Assembly (NCBI GenBank): GCA_002311645.1
Contig: DBYW01000035.1
Span: 26,306-90,305, forward strand
Length of the DNA: 64,000 bases
Direction of reading: 5' to 3'
DNA from: Bacteroidales bacterium UBA1176
GTDB lineage: Bacteria > Bacteroidota > Bacteroidia > Bacteroidales > WCHB1-69
Part shown: piece after piece, positions 18,389 through 30,230 of the stretch
Numbering within the stretch: the first letter of the stretch is position 1
Layout of the letters: each line of letters begins with the position of its first letter
Position numbers and translations under genes: made by a program
Notes under the pieces: model-generated
Seen by the model: the letters and a program-made list of their open reading frames with translations, nothing else
Database searches by the model: none
What the model was told of the DNA's origin: nothing

Positions 18389-21244
18389 ATGATAATCAAA
18401 GACGACTTTGTCAATAGACACAATGGCCCGAGCAATGAGGAACGCCAGCACATGCTGGACGTTATCGGTGTCAAAACGATGGATGAACTGATCGAGAAAA
18501 CCGTGCCGGCGGCCATCCGCCTGGCCAAGCCTTTAGACCTTCCTGCTGGACTGACCGAGGGCGAGTACCTCAACGCGGTACATGCGGTGATGGCCAAGAA
18601 CAAGGTATACCGCTCCTTCATCGGCATGGGCTACTACAACACCTTCACTCCTGCCGTGATCCTGCGCAACATCTTTGAGAACCCGGGTTGGTACACCTCC
18701 TACACCCCGTACCAAGCCGAGATTTCCCAAGGCCGCATAGAGGCGCTGCTCAATTACCAGACCATGATCAGCTCCCTGACCGCCATGCCGTTGGCCAACG
18801 CCTCCATGTTGGACGACGCCACCGCCGCCGGCGAGATGATGCTCATGTTCTTCCGCAGCCGCAACCGCGACCAGCAAAAGAACAATGTCTGCAAGTACTT
18901 CGTTGCCGACGACGTGTTCGCGCACAGCATCGGCGTGATGAAGACCAACGCAGCCCCGCAAGGCATCGAGCTGGTGATTGGCAAGGTCGGCGAAGTGCAA
19001 CTCGACGAGACCTTCTTCGGTGCCATGGTGCAATATCCCAACCAGTATGGCGGCATCGGCGACTTCCGCAAGTTCGTGGAAGAGGCCCATGCCAAGAACA
19101 TCTTCGTGGGCGTGGCCACCGACCTGTTAGCCCTGACGCTGCTCACCCCTCCGGGCGAGTGGGGTGCCGACTGTGTGGTCGGTTCCACCCAGCGCTTCGG
19201 TCTGCCCCTCGGCTACGGCAGCCCCGCTGCCGGCTTCTACGCCTGCCGCGACACGTTCCTTCGTCAGATGCCTGGCCGTATCATCGGTGTCACCGTGGAC
19301 GCCCAAGGCAACCGCGCCGTCCGGATGGCCTTGCAGACCCGCGAGCAGCACATCAAGCGTGACCGCGCAACTTCCAACATCTGCACCGCCAGCGCCCTCA
19401 CCGCCATCATGGCCGGATTCTACGGCATGTGGCACGGAGCCGAAGGATTGAAAAACAAGGCTGTCAAGATCAACGTGCTCGCCGGCGTCCTCGCCGAAGA
19501 GTCCAAGAAATACGGCTACGACCCCACCGACACCTTCTTCGACACGGTCTGCATGTCCGTGCCCGCCGGAATCACCACCAAGGATGTGGAAAAAGTCGCC
19601 TTGGCCAAGAAAGTCAACCTCCGCTACTGGTGCGAGAGCTGCCTGAGTATCTCCCTCGACGAGACGGTCACCCACGACGACGTGAACATGATTCTCGAGA
19701 TCTTAGCCACCGCCGCCGGCAAGCCTTTCACACCGCACGTGTGCGACGGCAAATGCGGCATCCCCGACCTGCACATTCCCACTGAATTAGCTCGTAAGAG
19801 CCCCTTCATGCAACAGTCCATTTTCCAGAAATACCACTCCGAAACGGAGATGATGCGCTATATGAAGATGCTGGAGGTGAAGGATCTCTCTCTGAACCGT
19901 GCCATGATTCCGCTGGGTTCCTGCACCATGAAGCTGAACGCTGCCGCCGAGATGCTGCCGCTGAGCTGGCCTGAGGCATGCAACATCCACCCATACGCCC
20001 CCGCCGACCAAGCCGAGGGCTATCGTCAAATCATCGAAGAGGTGAGCCAATGGCTCTGCACCATCACGGGCTTCAAGGCCGTGTCGTTGCAACCCAACTC
20101 CGGTGCCGCAGGCGAGTATGCCGGCATGACCGTCATCCGCAACTACCACCTCAGCCGCGGCGAGGGGCACCGCAACATCTGCCTCATCCCCGCCTCCGCA
20201 CACGGCACCAACCCCGCCTCCTCCGCCAAGGCCGGCAATAAGATCGTGGTCATCAAATCAACGGAAAATGGCGAAGTCGATGTTGAAGACCTGCGCGCCA
20301 AGGCCGAGCAGTACCGCGACAACCTCTCCTGCCTGATGATCACCTATCCTTCCACGCACGGTGCCTTCGAGGAGAAAATTCTCGACATCATCAAGATCAT
20401 CCACGACAATGGTGGTCTCGTTTATATGGACGGTGCCAACATGAACGCCCAAGTGGGTCTCACCTCGCCGGGCAGCATGGGTGCCGACGTCTGCCACCTC
20501 AATCTGCACAAGACCTTCGCCATGCCCCACGGCGGCGGCGGTCCCGGTGTCGGCCCGATTGCAGTCTGCGAGAAGCTGGTCGACTTCCTGCCCAACCACG
20601 CCTTCGTTACCACGGGTGGCAGCAAGGGCAGCCAAGTGGCCTCCACACCGTTCGGCAGCGCCTACCTTCTGCCTATCACTTACGGCTACCTCAAGATGCT
20701 CGGCGGTGCCGGTCTGACCGAGGTCACCAAGGGTGCCATCCTGAACGCCAACTACCTGCGTGCCCGTTTGCAGGATCACTACAAAATCCTCTATACGGGG
20801 GCTCAAGGCATGTGCGCACATGAGATGATCCTCGACTGCAACGCATTCGACCGCAGTGCCGGCATACAAGTCGGCGACATTGCCAAGCGTCTCATGGACT
20901 ACGGTTTTCACGCTCCCACCGTGGCCTTCCCAGTTCACGGCACGCTGATGGTGGAACCCACCGAGAGCGAGCCACTCAGCGAACTTGACCGCTTCTGCGA
21001 CGCCATGATCGCCATCCGCCAAGAGATCCGCGACATCGAGGAGGGACGCGCTGACCGCGACAACAACCTCATCAAAAACGCACCGCACACGATGAATGTG
21101 GTTTGCGCCGACGAATGGACACGCCCGTACACCCGTCAGCAAGCCGCCTTCCCGCTTGCCCACACCGAGAAATACTGGCCCACTGTCGGCAAGATCGACG
21201 ACGCCTACGGCGACCGCAACTTGGTGTGCGTGGTGAATGAATAA
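18389..21244 (+). CDS. gcvP: Glycine dehydrogenase (decarboxylating), single-chain P protein
   Basis: 951 aa. The PLP-lysine context is NLHKTFAMPHGGGGPG. It looks like GcvP along its full length. Confidence 0.95.
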   Translation: MIIKDDFVNRHNGPSNEERQHMLDVIGVKTMDELIEKTVPAAIRLAKPLDLPAGLTEGEYLNAVHAVMAKNKVYRSFIGMGYYNTFTPAVILRNIFENPGWYTSYTPYQAEISQGRIEALLNYQTMISSLTAMPLANASMLDDATAAGEMMLMFFRSRNRDQQKNNVCKYFVADDVFAHSIGVMKTNAAPQGIELVIGKVGEVQLDETFFGAMVQYPNQYGGIGDFRKFVEEAHAKNIFVGVATDLLALTLLTPPGEWGADCVVGSTQRFGLPLGYGSPAAGFYACRDTFLRQMPGRIIGVTVDAQGNRAVRMALQTREQHIKRDRATSNICTASALTAIMAGFYGMWHGAEGLKNKAVKINVLAGVLAEESKKYGYDPTDTFFDTVCMSVPAGITTKDVEKVALAKKVNLRYWCESCLSISLDETVTHDDVNMILEILATAAGKPFTPHVCDGKCGIPDLHIPTELARKSPFMQQSIFQKYHSETEMMRYMKMLEVKDLSLNRAMIPLGSCTMKLNAAAEMLPLSWPEACNIHPYAPADQAEGYRQIIEEVSQWLCTITGFKAVSLQPNSGAAGEYAGMTVIRNYHLSRGEGHRNICLIPASAHGTNPASSAKAGNKIVVIKSTENGEVDVEDLRAKAEQYRDNLSCLMITYPSTHGAFEEKILDIIKIIHDNGGLVYMDGANMNAQVGLTSPGSMGADVCHLNLHKTFAMPHGGGGPGVGPIAVCEKLVDFLPNHAFVTTGGSKGSQVASTPFGSAYLLPITYGYLKMLGGAGLTEVTKGAILNANYLRARLQDHYKILYTGAQGMCAHEMILDCNAFDRSAGIQVGDIAKRLMDYGFHAPTVAFPVHGTLMVEPTESEPLSELDRFCDAMIAIRQEIRDIEEGRADRDNNLIKNAPHTMNVVCADEWTRPYTRQQAAFPLAHTEKYWPTVGKIDDAYGDRNLVCVVNE

Positions 21245-21300
21245 CATTCCACACCGACCGAGTGGGATTCCACCCACTTGGCGACTTTGCAACAATTTAT

Positions 21301-21341
21301 GTAGGAGCATCTTTCAATGGTGCTCCTACATTGTTTTTTTT
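21301..21341 (+). terminator. Intrinsic terminator after gcvP
   Basis: Stem GTAGGAGCA / TGCTCCTAC with an 11-nt loop, followed by ATTGTTTTTTTT. Confidence 0.7.
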
Positions 21342-21343
21342 CG

Positions 21344-21351
21344 TACCTTTG
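21344..21351 (+). promoter_or_regulatory. -7 element TACCTTTG for gldF-gldG
   Basis: 19 nt upstream of ATG 21371, just after the gcvP terminator. Confidence 0.55.
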
Positions 21352-21370
21352 CGCCCTAAATACAGATTGC

Positions 21371-22102
21371 ATGTACAGCTTGTATATCAAAGAGATAAAA
21401 TCATTTCTAAGCTCCATTATCGGCTATATCTTCGTAGGGGTGTTCCTAATCATCTCCGGATTGTTCCTGTGGGTGTTCCCCAACGTGGACAACGTGATGG
21501 AGGCAGGGCTGGCCGACCTGCACGGGCTTTTCAACCTGTCGCAGTTCCTTTTCCTCTTCTTGGTGCCCGCCATCACCATGCGTTCTTTTGCCGAGGAACG
21601 TCGCACCGGCACCATGGACCTTTTGCTCACAAAGCCCCTGACAGACATACAGATCATCTGGGCCAAGTTCCTGTCCTGCCTCACCCTGCTCGTCATCGCC
21701 CTGATCCCCACCCTGGTCTATGTCGTCTCCATTGTTCTGTTGGGCAACCCCGTGGGCAACATGGATATGGGCAGCACCTGGGGATCTTATCTCGGCCTCA
21801 TCCTCCTCGGTGCCACCTACATCTCCATCGGCATCTTCTCCTCGGCATTGACCAACAACCAGATCATCGCCTTCATCATCGCCGCCCCGCTCTGCTTCAT
21901 CCTCTCCTTCGGATTCGCTTTCATTTATTCATTCGAGTCGCTCGGAGCGTTCGGCTATTACATCAAGTCCATCGGCATCGAACATCACTACGCCTCCATC
22001 AGCAAAGGCGTGATTGACAGTCGGGACATCGTCTATTTCTGCAGTGTCATATTCATCTTCCTCTTCGGCACGCGCATCGTACTTCTCAAACGCAAATGGT
22101 AA
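21371..22102 (+). CDS. gldF: Gliding-motility-associated ABC transporter permease GldF
   Basis: ATG at 21371, 19 nt after TACCTTTG. 243 aa multi-pass ABC-2 type permease, immediately followed by gldG. Confidence 0.7.
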   Translation: MYSLYIKEIKSFLSSIIGYIFVGVFLIISGLFLWVFPNVDNVMEAGLADLHGLFNLSQFLFLFLVPAITMRSFAEERRTGTMDLLLTKPLTDIQIIWAKFLSCLTLLVIALIPTLVYVVSIVLLGNPVGNMDMGSTWGSYLGLILLGATYISIGIFSSALTNNQIIAFIIAAPLCFILSFGFAFIYSFESLGAFGYYIKSIGIEHHYASISKGVIDSRDIVYFCSVIFIFLFGTRIVLLKRKW

Positions 22103-22103
22103 A

Positions 22104-23891
22104 ATGAAAAGGAACGGCACTATGAAAAAAAACACTGGCAGCAAGAGCAGCATGCAATTCAAAAGGAACACCCTCCTCGGGCTTCTCGTGGCAGTGGCGA
22201 TTCTCGTCGTTGTCAACATACTCTCCTCGTTTCTTTTCTTCCGCATCGACCTGACGAAGGACAAACGGCACTCGTTGTCGCCCTCGACCATCGAGATGCT
22301 GAAAAACCTGGACGACCGCGTTTATTTCCGGGTTTATCTCAAAGGAAAAAACCAACCAGCTGATTATCAATTATTTGCAAAACAAGTGGAACAGATGCTG
22401 CAAGATTTCCGCAGCTATTCCAAGAATGTCTATTTCGAGTTCATCGACCCCATGGAGGGCAAGAGCGGCGAAGAGGTCAACTCCATATTGGCCGAGTTCG
22501 TCCGGAAGGGGCTGGAGCCGATTCCCATCAGCCGCGAAGATGCGTCGGGCTACTCCACGCACATGGTGATTCCAGGGGCCATCGTTTCCTATCGCGGCAA
22601 GGAGTACCCTGCTCAGGTGGTCGTTGCCGACCCGTCGGGAGCAGACTGGCTTCAGTACTCCATACAAGAGCTGGAGTACAATCTTGTCTCCCCCATCCGA
22701 CGGCTCATGAAGACGGAGAAGCCGGTTGTGGCATATCTTGAAGGCCACGGCGAACTGGACTTCTACAACACCTGCTGGACCGCCATGCAACTGCAGCGTT
22801 TCTACAACGTCACCCGCATCGTGCTCGACGGGAAGATCAACGCGCTGCGCGACATCAGCATAGCCGACTCTGCGACACAGACTCTCAAATTGGGCGACAA
22901 CAAGTACGACGTGCTCATCATCGCGCAACCCACCCAACCGTTCAAGGAATTCGACAAATACATCCTCGACCAGTTCGTGATGCGCGGCGGCAAGATTCTC
23001 TGGCTCGTTGACAACACCACGGCCGCATTGGACAGTCTGCAGAGCACGCCAGAGTTCTTCGCGACTCCGCGCTCGCTCTACATCAACGACCTCTTCTTCA
23101 CCTACGGCGTGCGCCTCAACCCCAACCTCATCCAAGACCTCAGCTGCCTGCCCATCCCGCAGCAGGTCGGCATGTTGGGCGACCAGCCGCAGTACAAGTT
23201 CATGGCCTTCCCATACAGTCTGGACATCGTTAATTTCAGCGACCATCCCATCGTGCGTAACATCAAAGAGGTAAAGTCCGACTTTGCCGGCTCCATCGAC
23301 ATGGTGGGCAAGTCTGAGAATCTCACCAAGACCCCGTTGATGTTCAGCTCCGAGCGCTCCAAGTTGGTGCCCGCGCCCTCTATTGTTTCGCTGCGCGTGG
23401 CGCTCACCAAACCCAACATGCAGGAGTACGCCTTCCACAACCTGCCCGTCGCGGTACTGGTGGAAGGCTCTTTCGAATCCGCCTTCAAAGGCATCCTTCC
23501 CATCGAGTTTGACACCATCAAAGAACTCGACTACCGCGACCATAGCGTGCCCACCCGCCAGATCTTCGTGGCAGACGGTGACATCATCCGCAATCCCTTC
23601 GACCGCAAACGCAACCAGCCCTATCCAGCCGGCTACGACATCTATACCCGCACCATGTACGATAACACCCAATTTATCGTTAATTGTGTCAACTATCTTT
23701 GTGACGACGATGACCTGCTGCAACTGCGCGCCAAGAACTTCAAAATCGGTTCCCTCAACCAAGAAAAAATCAGAGGCAAAAAAGTCAAACTCGCCCTCCT
23801 CAACATCGGCATACCGCTCCTGTTGATTTCCCTGCTCGGCATCGTGCTTATCGTGACCCGCAAGGTGCGTTTTTCCAAAAAAGACAAATAA
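22104..23891 (+). CDS. gldG: Gliding-associated ABC transporter substrate-binding/auxiliary component GldG
   Basis: ATG at 22104, 1 nt after the gldF stop. It has N- and C-terminal TM helices and FFRIDLTKDKRHSLSPSTIEMLKNLDDRVYFRVYL, typical of GldG. Confidence 0.75.
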   Translation: MKRNGTMKKNTGSKSSMQFKRNTLLGLLVAVAILVVVNILSSFLFFRIDLTKDKRHSLSPSTIEMLKNLDDRVYFRVYLKGKNQPADYQLFAKQVEQMLQDFRSYSKNVYFEFIDPMEGKSGEEVNSILAEFVRKGLEPIPISREDASGYSTHMVIPGAIVSYRGKEYPAQVVVADPSGADWLQYSIQELEYNLVSPIRRLMKTEKPVVAYLEGHGELDFYNTCWTAMQLQRFYNVTRIVLDGKINALRDISIADSATQTLKLGDNKYDVLIIAQPTQPFKEFDKYILDQFVMRGGKILWLVDNTTAALDSLQSTPEFFATPRSLYINDLFFTYGVRLNPNLIQDLSCLPIPQQVGMLGDQPQYKFMAFPYSLDIVNFSDHPIVRNIKEVKSDFAGSIDMVGKSENLTKTPLMFSSERSKLVPAPSIVSLRVALTKPNMQEYAFHNLPVAVLVEGSFESAFKGILPIEFDTIKELDYRDHSVPTRQIFVADGDIIRNPFDRKRNQPYPAGYDIYTRTMYDNTQFIVNCVNYLCDDDDLLQLRAKNFKIGSLNQEKIRGKKVKLALLNIGIPLLLISLLGIVLIVTRKVRFSKKDK

Positions 23892-23924
23892 TTTCAATTA
23901 TTCATTAAAAACACCATCACTCAA

Positions 23925-26732
23925 ATGAAAAAGCTCTTTCTTATCCTCAGTATTGTCCTCACGGCAATCTTTGCTTTCGGCCAGGACGTAAAACTGAACG
24001 AAAGCATCAAGAACGACCCGCGTGTCCGCATCGGCAAGTTGGACAATGGCCTGACCTACTACATTCGCCAAAACGCCCAACCCAAGAAAGTTGTGGAATT
24101 CCGCTTGGCCGTGAACGCCGGATCCAACCAGGAGAACGACAACCAGCGCGGCCTGGCTCACTTCACCGAGCACATGGCCTTCAACGGCATTGAAGGAATG
24201 CCTGGCAACACTATGATTGACAAGCTGCAAAGCCTCGGTGTGGTTTTTGGTGCTGACCTCAACGCCTACACCTCCTTTGACGAGACAGTCTATATGATCC
24301 CCATGCCGCTCGACGATCCCAAGAACCTCGACCTTGGACTTCAAATCCTGCGCGGCTGGGCCCACGGTCTGCTCTACGACCACAAGGAAATCGACGCTGA
24401 AAGAGGCGTCATCACCGAAGAGTACCGTCTCGGCCTCGGCGCCGACGACCGCATGCGCAAAGAATACTGGCCCATCCTCATGAAAGACTCCCGCTATGCC
24501 GACCGCATGCCCATCGGCCTGCTGGACATCATACAAAACTTCGACTACCAAGTCATCAAAGATTTCTACAACGACTGGTATCGCCCCGATCTGCAAGCCG
24601 TCATCGTGGTAGGCGACATCAACGCCGACGAGGTTGAGGGCAAAATCAAGAAACTTTTCAGCGACATTCCTGCCGTGCAGAACCCCCGCGTCAAGGAGAG
24701 ATACCAAATCGCGGGCAACAAGGAACCGCTCGTGGCCGTCTGCACTGACAAGGAGGCTGCCGGCAACAGTGTGATGCTCATCCGCAAATTTCCCCATTTC
24801 GCCATCCAATCCAACGGCGACTTCCGCAAACAACTCATCATCGACCTCTACAATGAAATGTACGAGGCACGTCTTGACGAGATGACCCAAGACACCAAAT
24901 GTCCGTTCATCGGCGCTTCTGCCGGTTACTCCCAATTCATCGGCCTCACCGACATGTACGGTTCCCAAGCCGCCAGCAAGGAGAACAAAATTCTTGAGAG
25001 CATTGAAATCCTGATGCGCGAAGACTACCGCGTACTGCAACACGGCTTCCTCCAAACCGAACTTGACCGTGCAAAAGTCTCCCTGCTCGAACGTTACGAA
25101 CGCGCCTCCAACGAAGTCGACAAGACCGAATCTTCCCGCTACGCATCCGAATACGTCAGCAATTTCCTTTATGGCGACCCTATCCCGGGCGCAAAGCGTG
25201 AATACACCCTCGCCAAGAAACTGCTCGACGGCATCAAACTTGCCGAAGTCAACGGCATGGCAAAAAGATGGATCACGCCTGAAAATCTCGTCGTGATTGT
25301 CACCGCCCCCGAAAAAGAAGGTGTGTCCGTGCCCGCCAAAGAGGAGATTCTCAAAGTCATCAAGAACGAGAACTTGAAGAATGTCCAACCTTACGTCGAC
25401 ACCTACAAAGAGCAAGAGATTGTGGAAAGAAGTTCCCTCAAGCCAGGTTCCATTCTCAGAACCGAAGAAATCCCCGCCATCAAGGCTCAAAAGGTGATCC
25501 TCTCCAACGGCATCGAGGTTATCCTCAAAAAGACCGATTACAAGAACGACGAGATTCTCTTCACCGCCACCAGCAAGGGTGGGCTGAGCCTTTGCAAGGT
25601 GGAAGATCTCCCCTCCGCTTACTTTGCCACCAACATCATTGACCGCAGCGGCATTGCCGACATCGACTACAACTCCCTGCTCAAAAAACTCAAGACCAAG
25701 CAAGCAGGTGTCACCCCCGACATCGGATCCATGACCGAGAGCCTCGATGGTTCCTCCACCCCGAAAGACCTTGAATTCTTTTTCCAGTACCTCAACGCCT
25801 TCTTCACAAACCCACGCGCCGACAAAAACGCCTGCGAATTGGTGATCAACGAGACTAAGGAACAGATCAAGATGCTCCAAGCCAACGTGATGTACCACTT
25901 CATCGGTGCCCTTCTCGAAAAAGCGACCCAAAACGACCCCTACAAGGTAAACCCGATCTCCATGACCCCCGAATTCCTCGACAAAGTCGACTTCGACAAG
26001 GCCGTCAAAATCTACAAGGAACGCTTCGCCAACCCTGCCGACTTCACCTACGTCTTCGTAGGCAACTTCGATGAAAAAATGATGAACGAACTGCTCTGCG
26101 TCTACCTCGGCTCCATGAACACCAGCAAGGGAAAAGAGAATTTCAAGGATGTTTTTAAAGGACCCGCCACCGGAATCCAAAAAGCCGAAGTAAAATACGG
26201 ACAAGAAGATCAAGGTTGGATGGGCCTCTATTTCGAGCAGCCTTACGACTACAACGCCAAGAACAACATGACCGTCACCGTGCTCGGCGAAGTGGTGAAC
26301 CAATACCTGCTTGAGATTGTCCGCGAAAAGATGGGTGACGTTTACTCCCCGATGTCCCAGATGGGCTATGAGAAACTTCCGACCCCCACATACACATTGC
26401 TGATCATGTTGAGTTGCAGTCCCGAGAAAACAGACAAACTCGCCAATGTCTGCATCGACATCCTCAAGAACATCGGCAAGAAGGGCTGCGACAAGAAGAG
26501 ACTCGCCAAAATCAAAAAGCAACTGATTGCCACCCGCGAAAAGAATATCCAAACCAACCGTTTCTGGCTCAACTACATCAACGGGAAGGTGCTTAACAAC
26601 GACGAAATGAACGCCGTCAACGAATATGCAGACATGGTGAACTCCGTGACGAGTAAAGACATTGTCAACTTCATGAAGAAATATTTCAAATACGACAATT
26701 ACGTGCGTGTTGACCTGAAACCTGAGAAATAA
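23925..26732 (+). CDS. M16-family (pitrilysin/insulinase-like) zinc peptidase, two-module
   Basis: 935 aa with a signal peptide and the inverted zinc motif HFTEH ([13 protein letters not shown]). Confidence 0.85.
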   Translation: MKKLFLILSIVLTAIFAFGQDVKLNESIKNDPRVRIGKLDNGLTYYIRQNAQPKKVVEFRLAVNAGSNQENDNQRGLAHFTEHMAFNGIEGMPGNTMIDKLQSLGVVFGADLNAYTSFDETVYMIPMPLDDPKNLDLGLQILRGWAHGLLYDHKEIDAERGVITEEYRLGLGADDRMRKEYWPILMKDSRYADRMPIGLLDIIQNFDYQVIKDFYNDWYRPDLQAVIVVGDINADEVEGKIKKLFSDIPAVQNPRVKERYQIAGNKEPLVAVCTDKEAAGNSVMLIRKFPHFAIQSNGDFRKQLIIDLYNEMYEARLDEMTQDTKCPFIGASAGYSQFIGLTDMYGSQAASKENKILESIEILMREDYRVLQHGFLQTELDRAKVSLLERYERASNEVDKTESSRYASEYVSNFLYGDPIPGAKREYTLAKKLLDGIKLAEVNGMAKRWITPENLVVIVTAPEKEGVSVPAKEEILKVIKNENLKNVQPYVDTYKEQEIVERSSLKPGSILRTEEIPAIKAQKVILSNGIEVILKKTDYKNDEILFTATSKGGLSLCKVEDLPSAYFATNIIDRSGIADIDYNSLLKKLKTKQAGVTPDIGSMTESLDGSSTPKDLEFFFQYLNAFFTNPRADKNACELVINETKEQIKMLQANVMYHFIGALLEKATQNDPYKVNPISMTPEFLDKVDFDKAVKIYKERFANPADFTYVFVGNFDEKMMNELLCVYLGSMNTSKGKENFKDVFKGPATGIQKAEVKYGQEDQGWMGLYFEQPYDYNAKNNMTVTVLGEVVNQYLLEIVREKMGDVYSPMSQMGYEKLPTPTYTLLIMLSCSPEKTDKLANVCIDILKNIGKKGCDKKRLAKIKKQLIATREKNIQTNRFWLNYINGKVLNNDEMNAVNEYADMVNSVTSKDIVNFMKKYFKYDNYVRVDLKPEK

Positions 26733-26773
26733 ACATAACCCATCACATTTGTTACACGAAAACCTATACAGAA

Positions 26774-28183
26774 ATGACTGATTACGAATTGAAAAACAAA
26801 GTGGCCGATATGTCGTTGGCCGACTGGGGCCGCAAGGACATTGACGTTTCACAAAAAGAGATGCCCGGCCTGTTAGCGCTGAGAGAAAAATATGGCGACA
26901 CCAAGCCCCTGAATGGTGTGCGCATCATGGGTTCGCTGCACATGACCATCCAAACCGCCGTCCTGATCGAGACGTTAGTGCATCTGGGTGCAGAAGTGCG
27001 CTGGTGCAGTTGCAACATCTTCTCCACACAGGACCACGCAGCCGCGGCTATCGCTGCCACGGGCGTATCTGTGTTCGCCTGGAAGGGCGAAACCCTTGAA
27101 GACTATTGGTGGTGCACCAACCAGGCCCTATCGTTCCCCGGCGGCAAAGGCCCGCAACTCATCGTGGACGACGGCGGCGACGCAACCCTGCTCATCCACC
27201 TTGGCTACAAGGCGGAAGAAGATCCCACCATCCTCGACAAGACCCCCGAGAACCACGAACAAGCTGTCATCTTCCATACCCTCAAGGAGATTTTGAAAGA
27301 AGACCCGCACAAATGGCATAACATGGTCAAGGAAATCAAGGGCGTCTCTGAAGAGACCACCACGGGCGTACACCGTCTCTACCAAATGATGGAGCGCGGT
27401 GAGCTGCTCTTCCCCGCCATCAATGTCAACGACTCCGTCACGAAGTCCAAGTTCGACAACAAATACGGCTGCCGCGAGTCCTTGGCCGACGGCATCAAGC
27501 GTGCCACCGACATCATGCTCGCCGGCAAGGTGGTGTGCGTGTGCGGCTATGGTGACGTGGGCAAAGGCTGTGCTCAGTCCATGAAATCCTACGGTGCACG
27601 TGTCATCGTCACTGAAGTCGACCCCATCTGTGCATTGCAGGCCGCCATGGAAGGCTTTGAGGTTAAGACTGTGGAGGACGCCCTCCCCGAAGCCAACCTC
27701 TATGTCACCACCACTGGCAACTGCGATGTCATCACCGTGGAACACCTCAACAAGATGAAGGACCAGGCCATCGTCTGCAACATCGGACACTTCGACAACG
27801 AAATCCAAGTGAGTGCATTTGAACGCCAGCCCGGCATCACCAAGCGCAACATCAAGCCGCAAGTTGACGAGTACATTTTCCCCGACGGGCACTCCATCTT
27901 CATCTTGGCGGAAGGCCGCTTAGTGAACCTCGGATGCGCCACGGGACATCCCTCTTTCGTCATGAGCAACTCCTTCACCAATCAGACCATGGCACAACTC
28001 GACCTGTGGCAACACGACTACAAGGTCGGTGTTTACAACCTGCCCAAGGAACTGGACGAAGAGGTCGCCCGCCTGCATCTCGGCAAGATCGGAGCCAAGC
28101 TCACCAAACTCACCCAGAAGCAGGCCGACTACATCGGCGTTCCTATCGACGGTCCGTTCAAATCAGATTTCTATCGATACTAA
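26774..28183 (+). CDS. ahcY: Adenosylhomocysteinase
   Basis: 469 aa with DDGGDAT, the NAD site GYGDVGKG, and HFDNEI. Confidence 0.95.
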   Translation: MTDYELKNKVADMSLADWGRKDIDVSQKEMPGLLALREKYGDTKPLNGVRIMGSLHMTIQTAVLIETLVHLGAEVRWCSCNIFSTQDHAAAAIAATGVSVFAWKGETLEDYWWCTNQALSFPGGKGPQLIVDDGGDATLLIHLGYKAEEDPTILDKTPENHEQAVIFHTLKEILKEDPHKWHNMVKEIKGVSEETTTGVHRLYQMMERGELLFPAINVNDSVTKSKFDNKYGCRESLADGIKRATDIMLAGKVVCVCGYGDVGKGCAQSMKSYGARVIVTEVDPICALQAAMEGFEVKTVEDALPEANLYVTTTGNCDVITVEHLNKMKDQAIVCNIGHFDNEIQVSAFERQPGITKRNIKPQVDEYIFPDGHSIFILAEGRLVNLGCATGHPSFVMSNSFTNQTMAQLDLWQHDYKVGVYNLPKELDEEVARLHLGKIGAKLTKLTQKQADYIGVPIDGPFKSDFYRY

Positions 28184-28186
28184 CCA

Positions 28187-28212
28187 AAATCCCGCAGAAA
28201 TGCGGGATTTTT
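28187..28212. terminator. Intrinsic terminator after ahcY (usable from both strands)
   Basis: Stem AAATCCCGCA / TGCGGGATTT, loop GAAA, with a T-run on both strands. Confidence 0.8.
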
Positions 28213-28266
28213 CATATAAAGCCCGAGCTCAACTGCACGGATATCCGATGATGTCCAGCTATAGGA

Positions 28267-28677
28267 TCACCTTACCGCCACAAACAACACCTCTTGGTAG
28301 TCACCGCTTATGGCCCGCAAGCGACAGACCTCCCCGGAGTGGTAGAGCGTGTCGCTGAAAGACATACTGAACACCGCAGTCAGCACTCTCCCATTTCCAT
28401 AAGTATCCGTGATCCAGTGGAAATTCTCATCACCATCGTGCAACTCCATAGTATAACCTGGCGGCTGTTGCCAGTAGAATCGCCAATCCTCACCTGAGTT
28501 GATCGCTTCGACACCTATTTCCTGATAGGTGTTCAAGGACACTGTCACAGTGTCAGCTGTGATTTCCTGACCATCCATATAAAACCGCACATCAGAATTC
28601 GGACGTTGCCATGGCCATTCACATGACACAAGACCGATGGTCATTACCAACAAAATCAACAAACCAATTTTCTTCAT
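28267..28677 (-). CDS. Hypothetical lipoprotein
   Basis: 136 aa starting MKKIGLLILLVMTIGLVSC (lipobox). I recognise no domain. Confidence 0.5.
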   Translation of the reverse strand: MKKIGLLILLVMTIGLVSCEWPWQRPNSDVRFYMDGQEITADTVTVSLNTYQEIGVEAINSGEDWRFYWQQPPGYTMELHDGDENFHWITDTYGNGRVLTAVFSMSFSDTLYHSGEVCRLRAISGDYQEVLFVAVR

Positions 28678-28734
28678 ATTAATTATCAACTAAAATTCGC
28701 ATCCAATTCAACACTGCCGGGCACCTGCTTGGGC

Positions 28735-29286
28735 TTAAAAATCCGAAAATTTCTCTATGGCTTCCGTCTTGGAATTCCTGCCGTCCAAATAGGAAATGAC
28801 ATACGCGGAGGTGCTTCTGTAACTGCATTTCGACAACACCACCTTGTTACAGTCGCCCGTAACCGTATCGATGGCATTTTTCCATTCTGCATAATCAGTC
28901 ACATACTTGACGTAACCGCCCTCCTCCTTTAAACCTGTATATTCCTGATAATCGGAGCCATATTTTTCGGAAAGCATTTTTTTCAAGCCCTCGTAAGTGT
29001 AACTTGTACTTCTATTGAAACAGACAAAGACACTACTCACCATGTGGGTTTTGGCGGCACAAGTCACCTCGAGTCTCACCTTCTCGCCGGCAAAGAGGCC
29101 CTTCATCACCATGAAATTATCGCGGCTGCCATTGGCTTCGGGCACAAAGCCCTTCCCTTTCAGTTTGGACGTAAAGGTGGACATTGTGCAATTCAGGCTG
29201 ATGCCCATAAATTTCATCGGCTGTGTTTGGGCAAAGCCCACACAAAACATCAGCAGAAGCATTGTGGATAGTACCAGTTTTTTCAT
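28735..29286 (-). CDS. Hypothetical secreted protein
   Basis: 183 aa. Signal peptide MKKLVLSTMLLLMFCVGFAQ. Own CAAAAATA (minus-strand TATTTTTG) element. I recognise no domain. Confidence 0.5.
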   Translation of the reverse strand: MKKLVLSTMLLLMFCVGFAQTQPMKFMGISLNCTMSTFTSKLKGKGFVPEANGSRDNFMVMKGLFAGEKVRLEVTCAAKTHMVSSVFVCFNRSTSYTYEGLKKMLSEKYGSDYQEYTGLKEEGGYVKYVTDYAEWKNAIDTVTGDCNKVVLSKCSYRSTSAYVISYLDGRNSKTEAIEKFSDF

Positions 29287-29314
29287 CGCATTTCAAAATA
29301 ATCTAAACAGGCAG

Positions 29315-29322
29315 CAAAAATA
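29315..29322 (-). promoter_or_regulatory. -7 element (TATTTTTG on minus strand) for gene 28735-29286
   Basis: 28 nt upstream of ATG 29286. Confidence 0.5.
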
Positions 29323-29327
29323 ATCAT

Positions 29328-30209
29328 TTATCGCACACGCCCGACACGACTGTCGACGACATACAAAATATTGGAAACCGTGCGTTCCCCGTCGTGGTCA
29401 AACCGTCCGTTGTCGGAGGGGTGATTGACAATGCCGTCGTGGGGGTAGTCCCTGAGATAGAGCGTTGTGGAGCCGCCGCCGTCGAGGTTGAGCGCATCAC
29501 AGCATCCTAACCAGTGCAAGGTGGAGGAAAGCTCGTCCAATGTCATTCCCTCAGATTGTTTGGTGCGGCCATCCACAACGAGCAGCAGCACCGTGCCGTC
29601 GGGCTTGACCCCCACGGCCGTACGGTTGTGTCGTTTGTTGACGAAAGAGAGGTCATTGCGCATGGGCTGCAGCGTGTCGCCATAGATGAGCAGGGGGCCG
29701 GCAGTCATGATGTTGCTGTCGGGCAGCATGCGTTCCCACAGCCGCGCGCTGTCCGTGCGCAGAATGACGGGTCTGCCATGGCGCAGCACCAACGTACCGT
29801 ATTGGTAATACTTCCTGTTGACGGTGTCCTTGCCCGGCGTGTTGATACCGTATTCCTCCCCGTCAATGCGCAGATGACAGATGGGCTTGTGCCTGTCCAT
29901 GTCGAAAAAAGAACCATTCACGGCAGCTACTGCATCATGCGCTTTCGCAATGGCCGACGTGCGGGTGCGCTTCGGTGCATAGCCCAAATGAAATTCCAAG
30001 CCAGGAGATGCGGGAATTTCCAACACGGCAATATACTGGTTGCTGGCAAAATACTCCTGCCGTTCAAATTGCACAGTATGCAGCACCATGCCACCCAAGG
30101 TGTCGCGAGACCAGGCCGCATGCACCAAGGTCAGCGAATCCCGCTGCCCGAAAAGGGTTCCTCCAACGAACAAAAACAAGAGAATTGATGTCCTTTTTAG
30201 CCAACGCAT
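29328..30209 (-). CDS. Phosphodiester glycosidase family protein (DUF2233/NAGPA-like)
   Basis: 293 aa with VNGSFFDM, RTAVGVKPDGTVLLLVVDGR and ALNLDGGGSTTLY blocks. Confidence 0.7.
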   Translation of the reverse strand: MRWLKRTSILLFLFVGGTLFGQRDSLTLVHAAWSRDTLGGMVLHTVQFERQEYFASNQYIAVLEIPASPGLEFHLGYAPKRTRTSAIAKAHDAVAAVNGSFFDMDRHKPICHLRIDGEEYGINTPGKDTVNRKYYQYGTLVLRHGRPVILRTDSARLWERMLPDSNIMTAGPLLIYGDTLQPMRNDLSFVNKRHNRTAVGVKPDGTVLLLVVDGRTKQSEGMTLDELSSTLHWLGCCDALNLDGGGSTTLYLRDYPHDGIVNHPSDNGRFDHDGERTVSNILYVVDSRVGRVR

Positions 30210-30230
30210 TTTTTTTAAAATTTATCGGGG

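Noticed and set aside
23898-26852. A 984-aa ORF on the minus strand. It is contiguous with a 508-aa minus-strand ORF at 22371-23897.
   Set aside because: Both lie exactly in codon register antisense to the M16 peptidase and gldG genes. In that register, antisense stops arise only from sense TTA, CTA or TCA codons, which these genes avoid. The translations are low-complexity (rich in V, G, D, E, F and L), show no recognisable motifs and have no promoter or signal features. They are mirror ORFs produced by codon bias, not genes.
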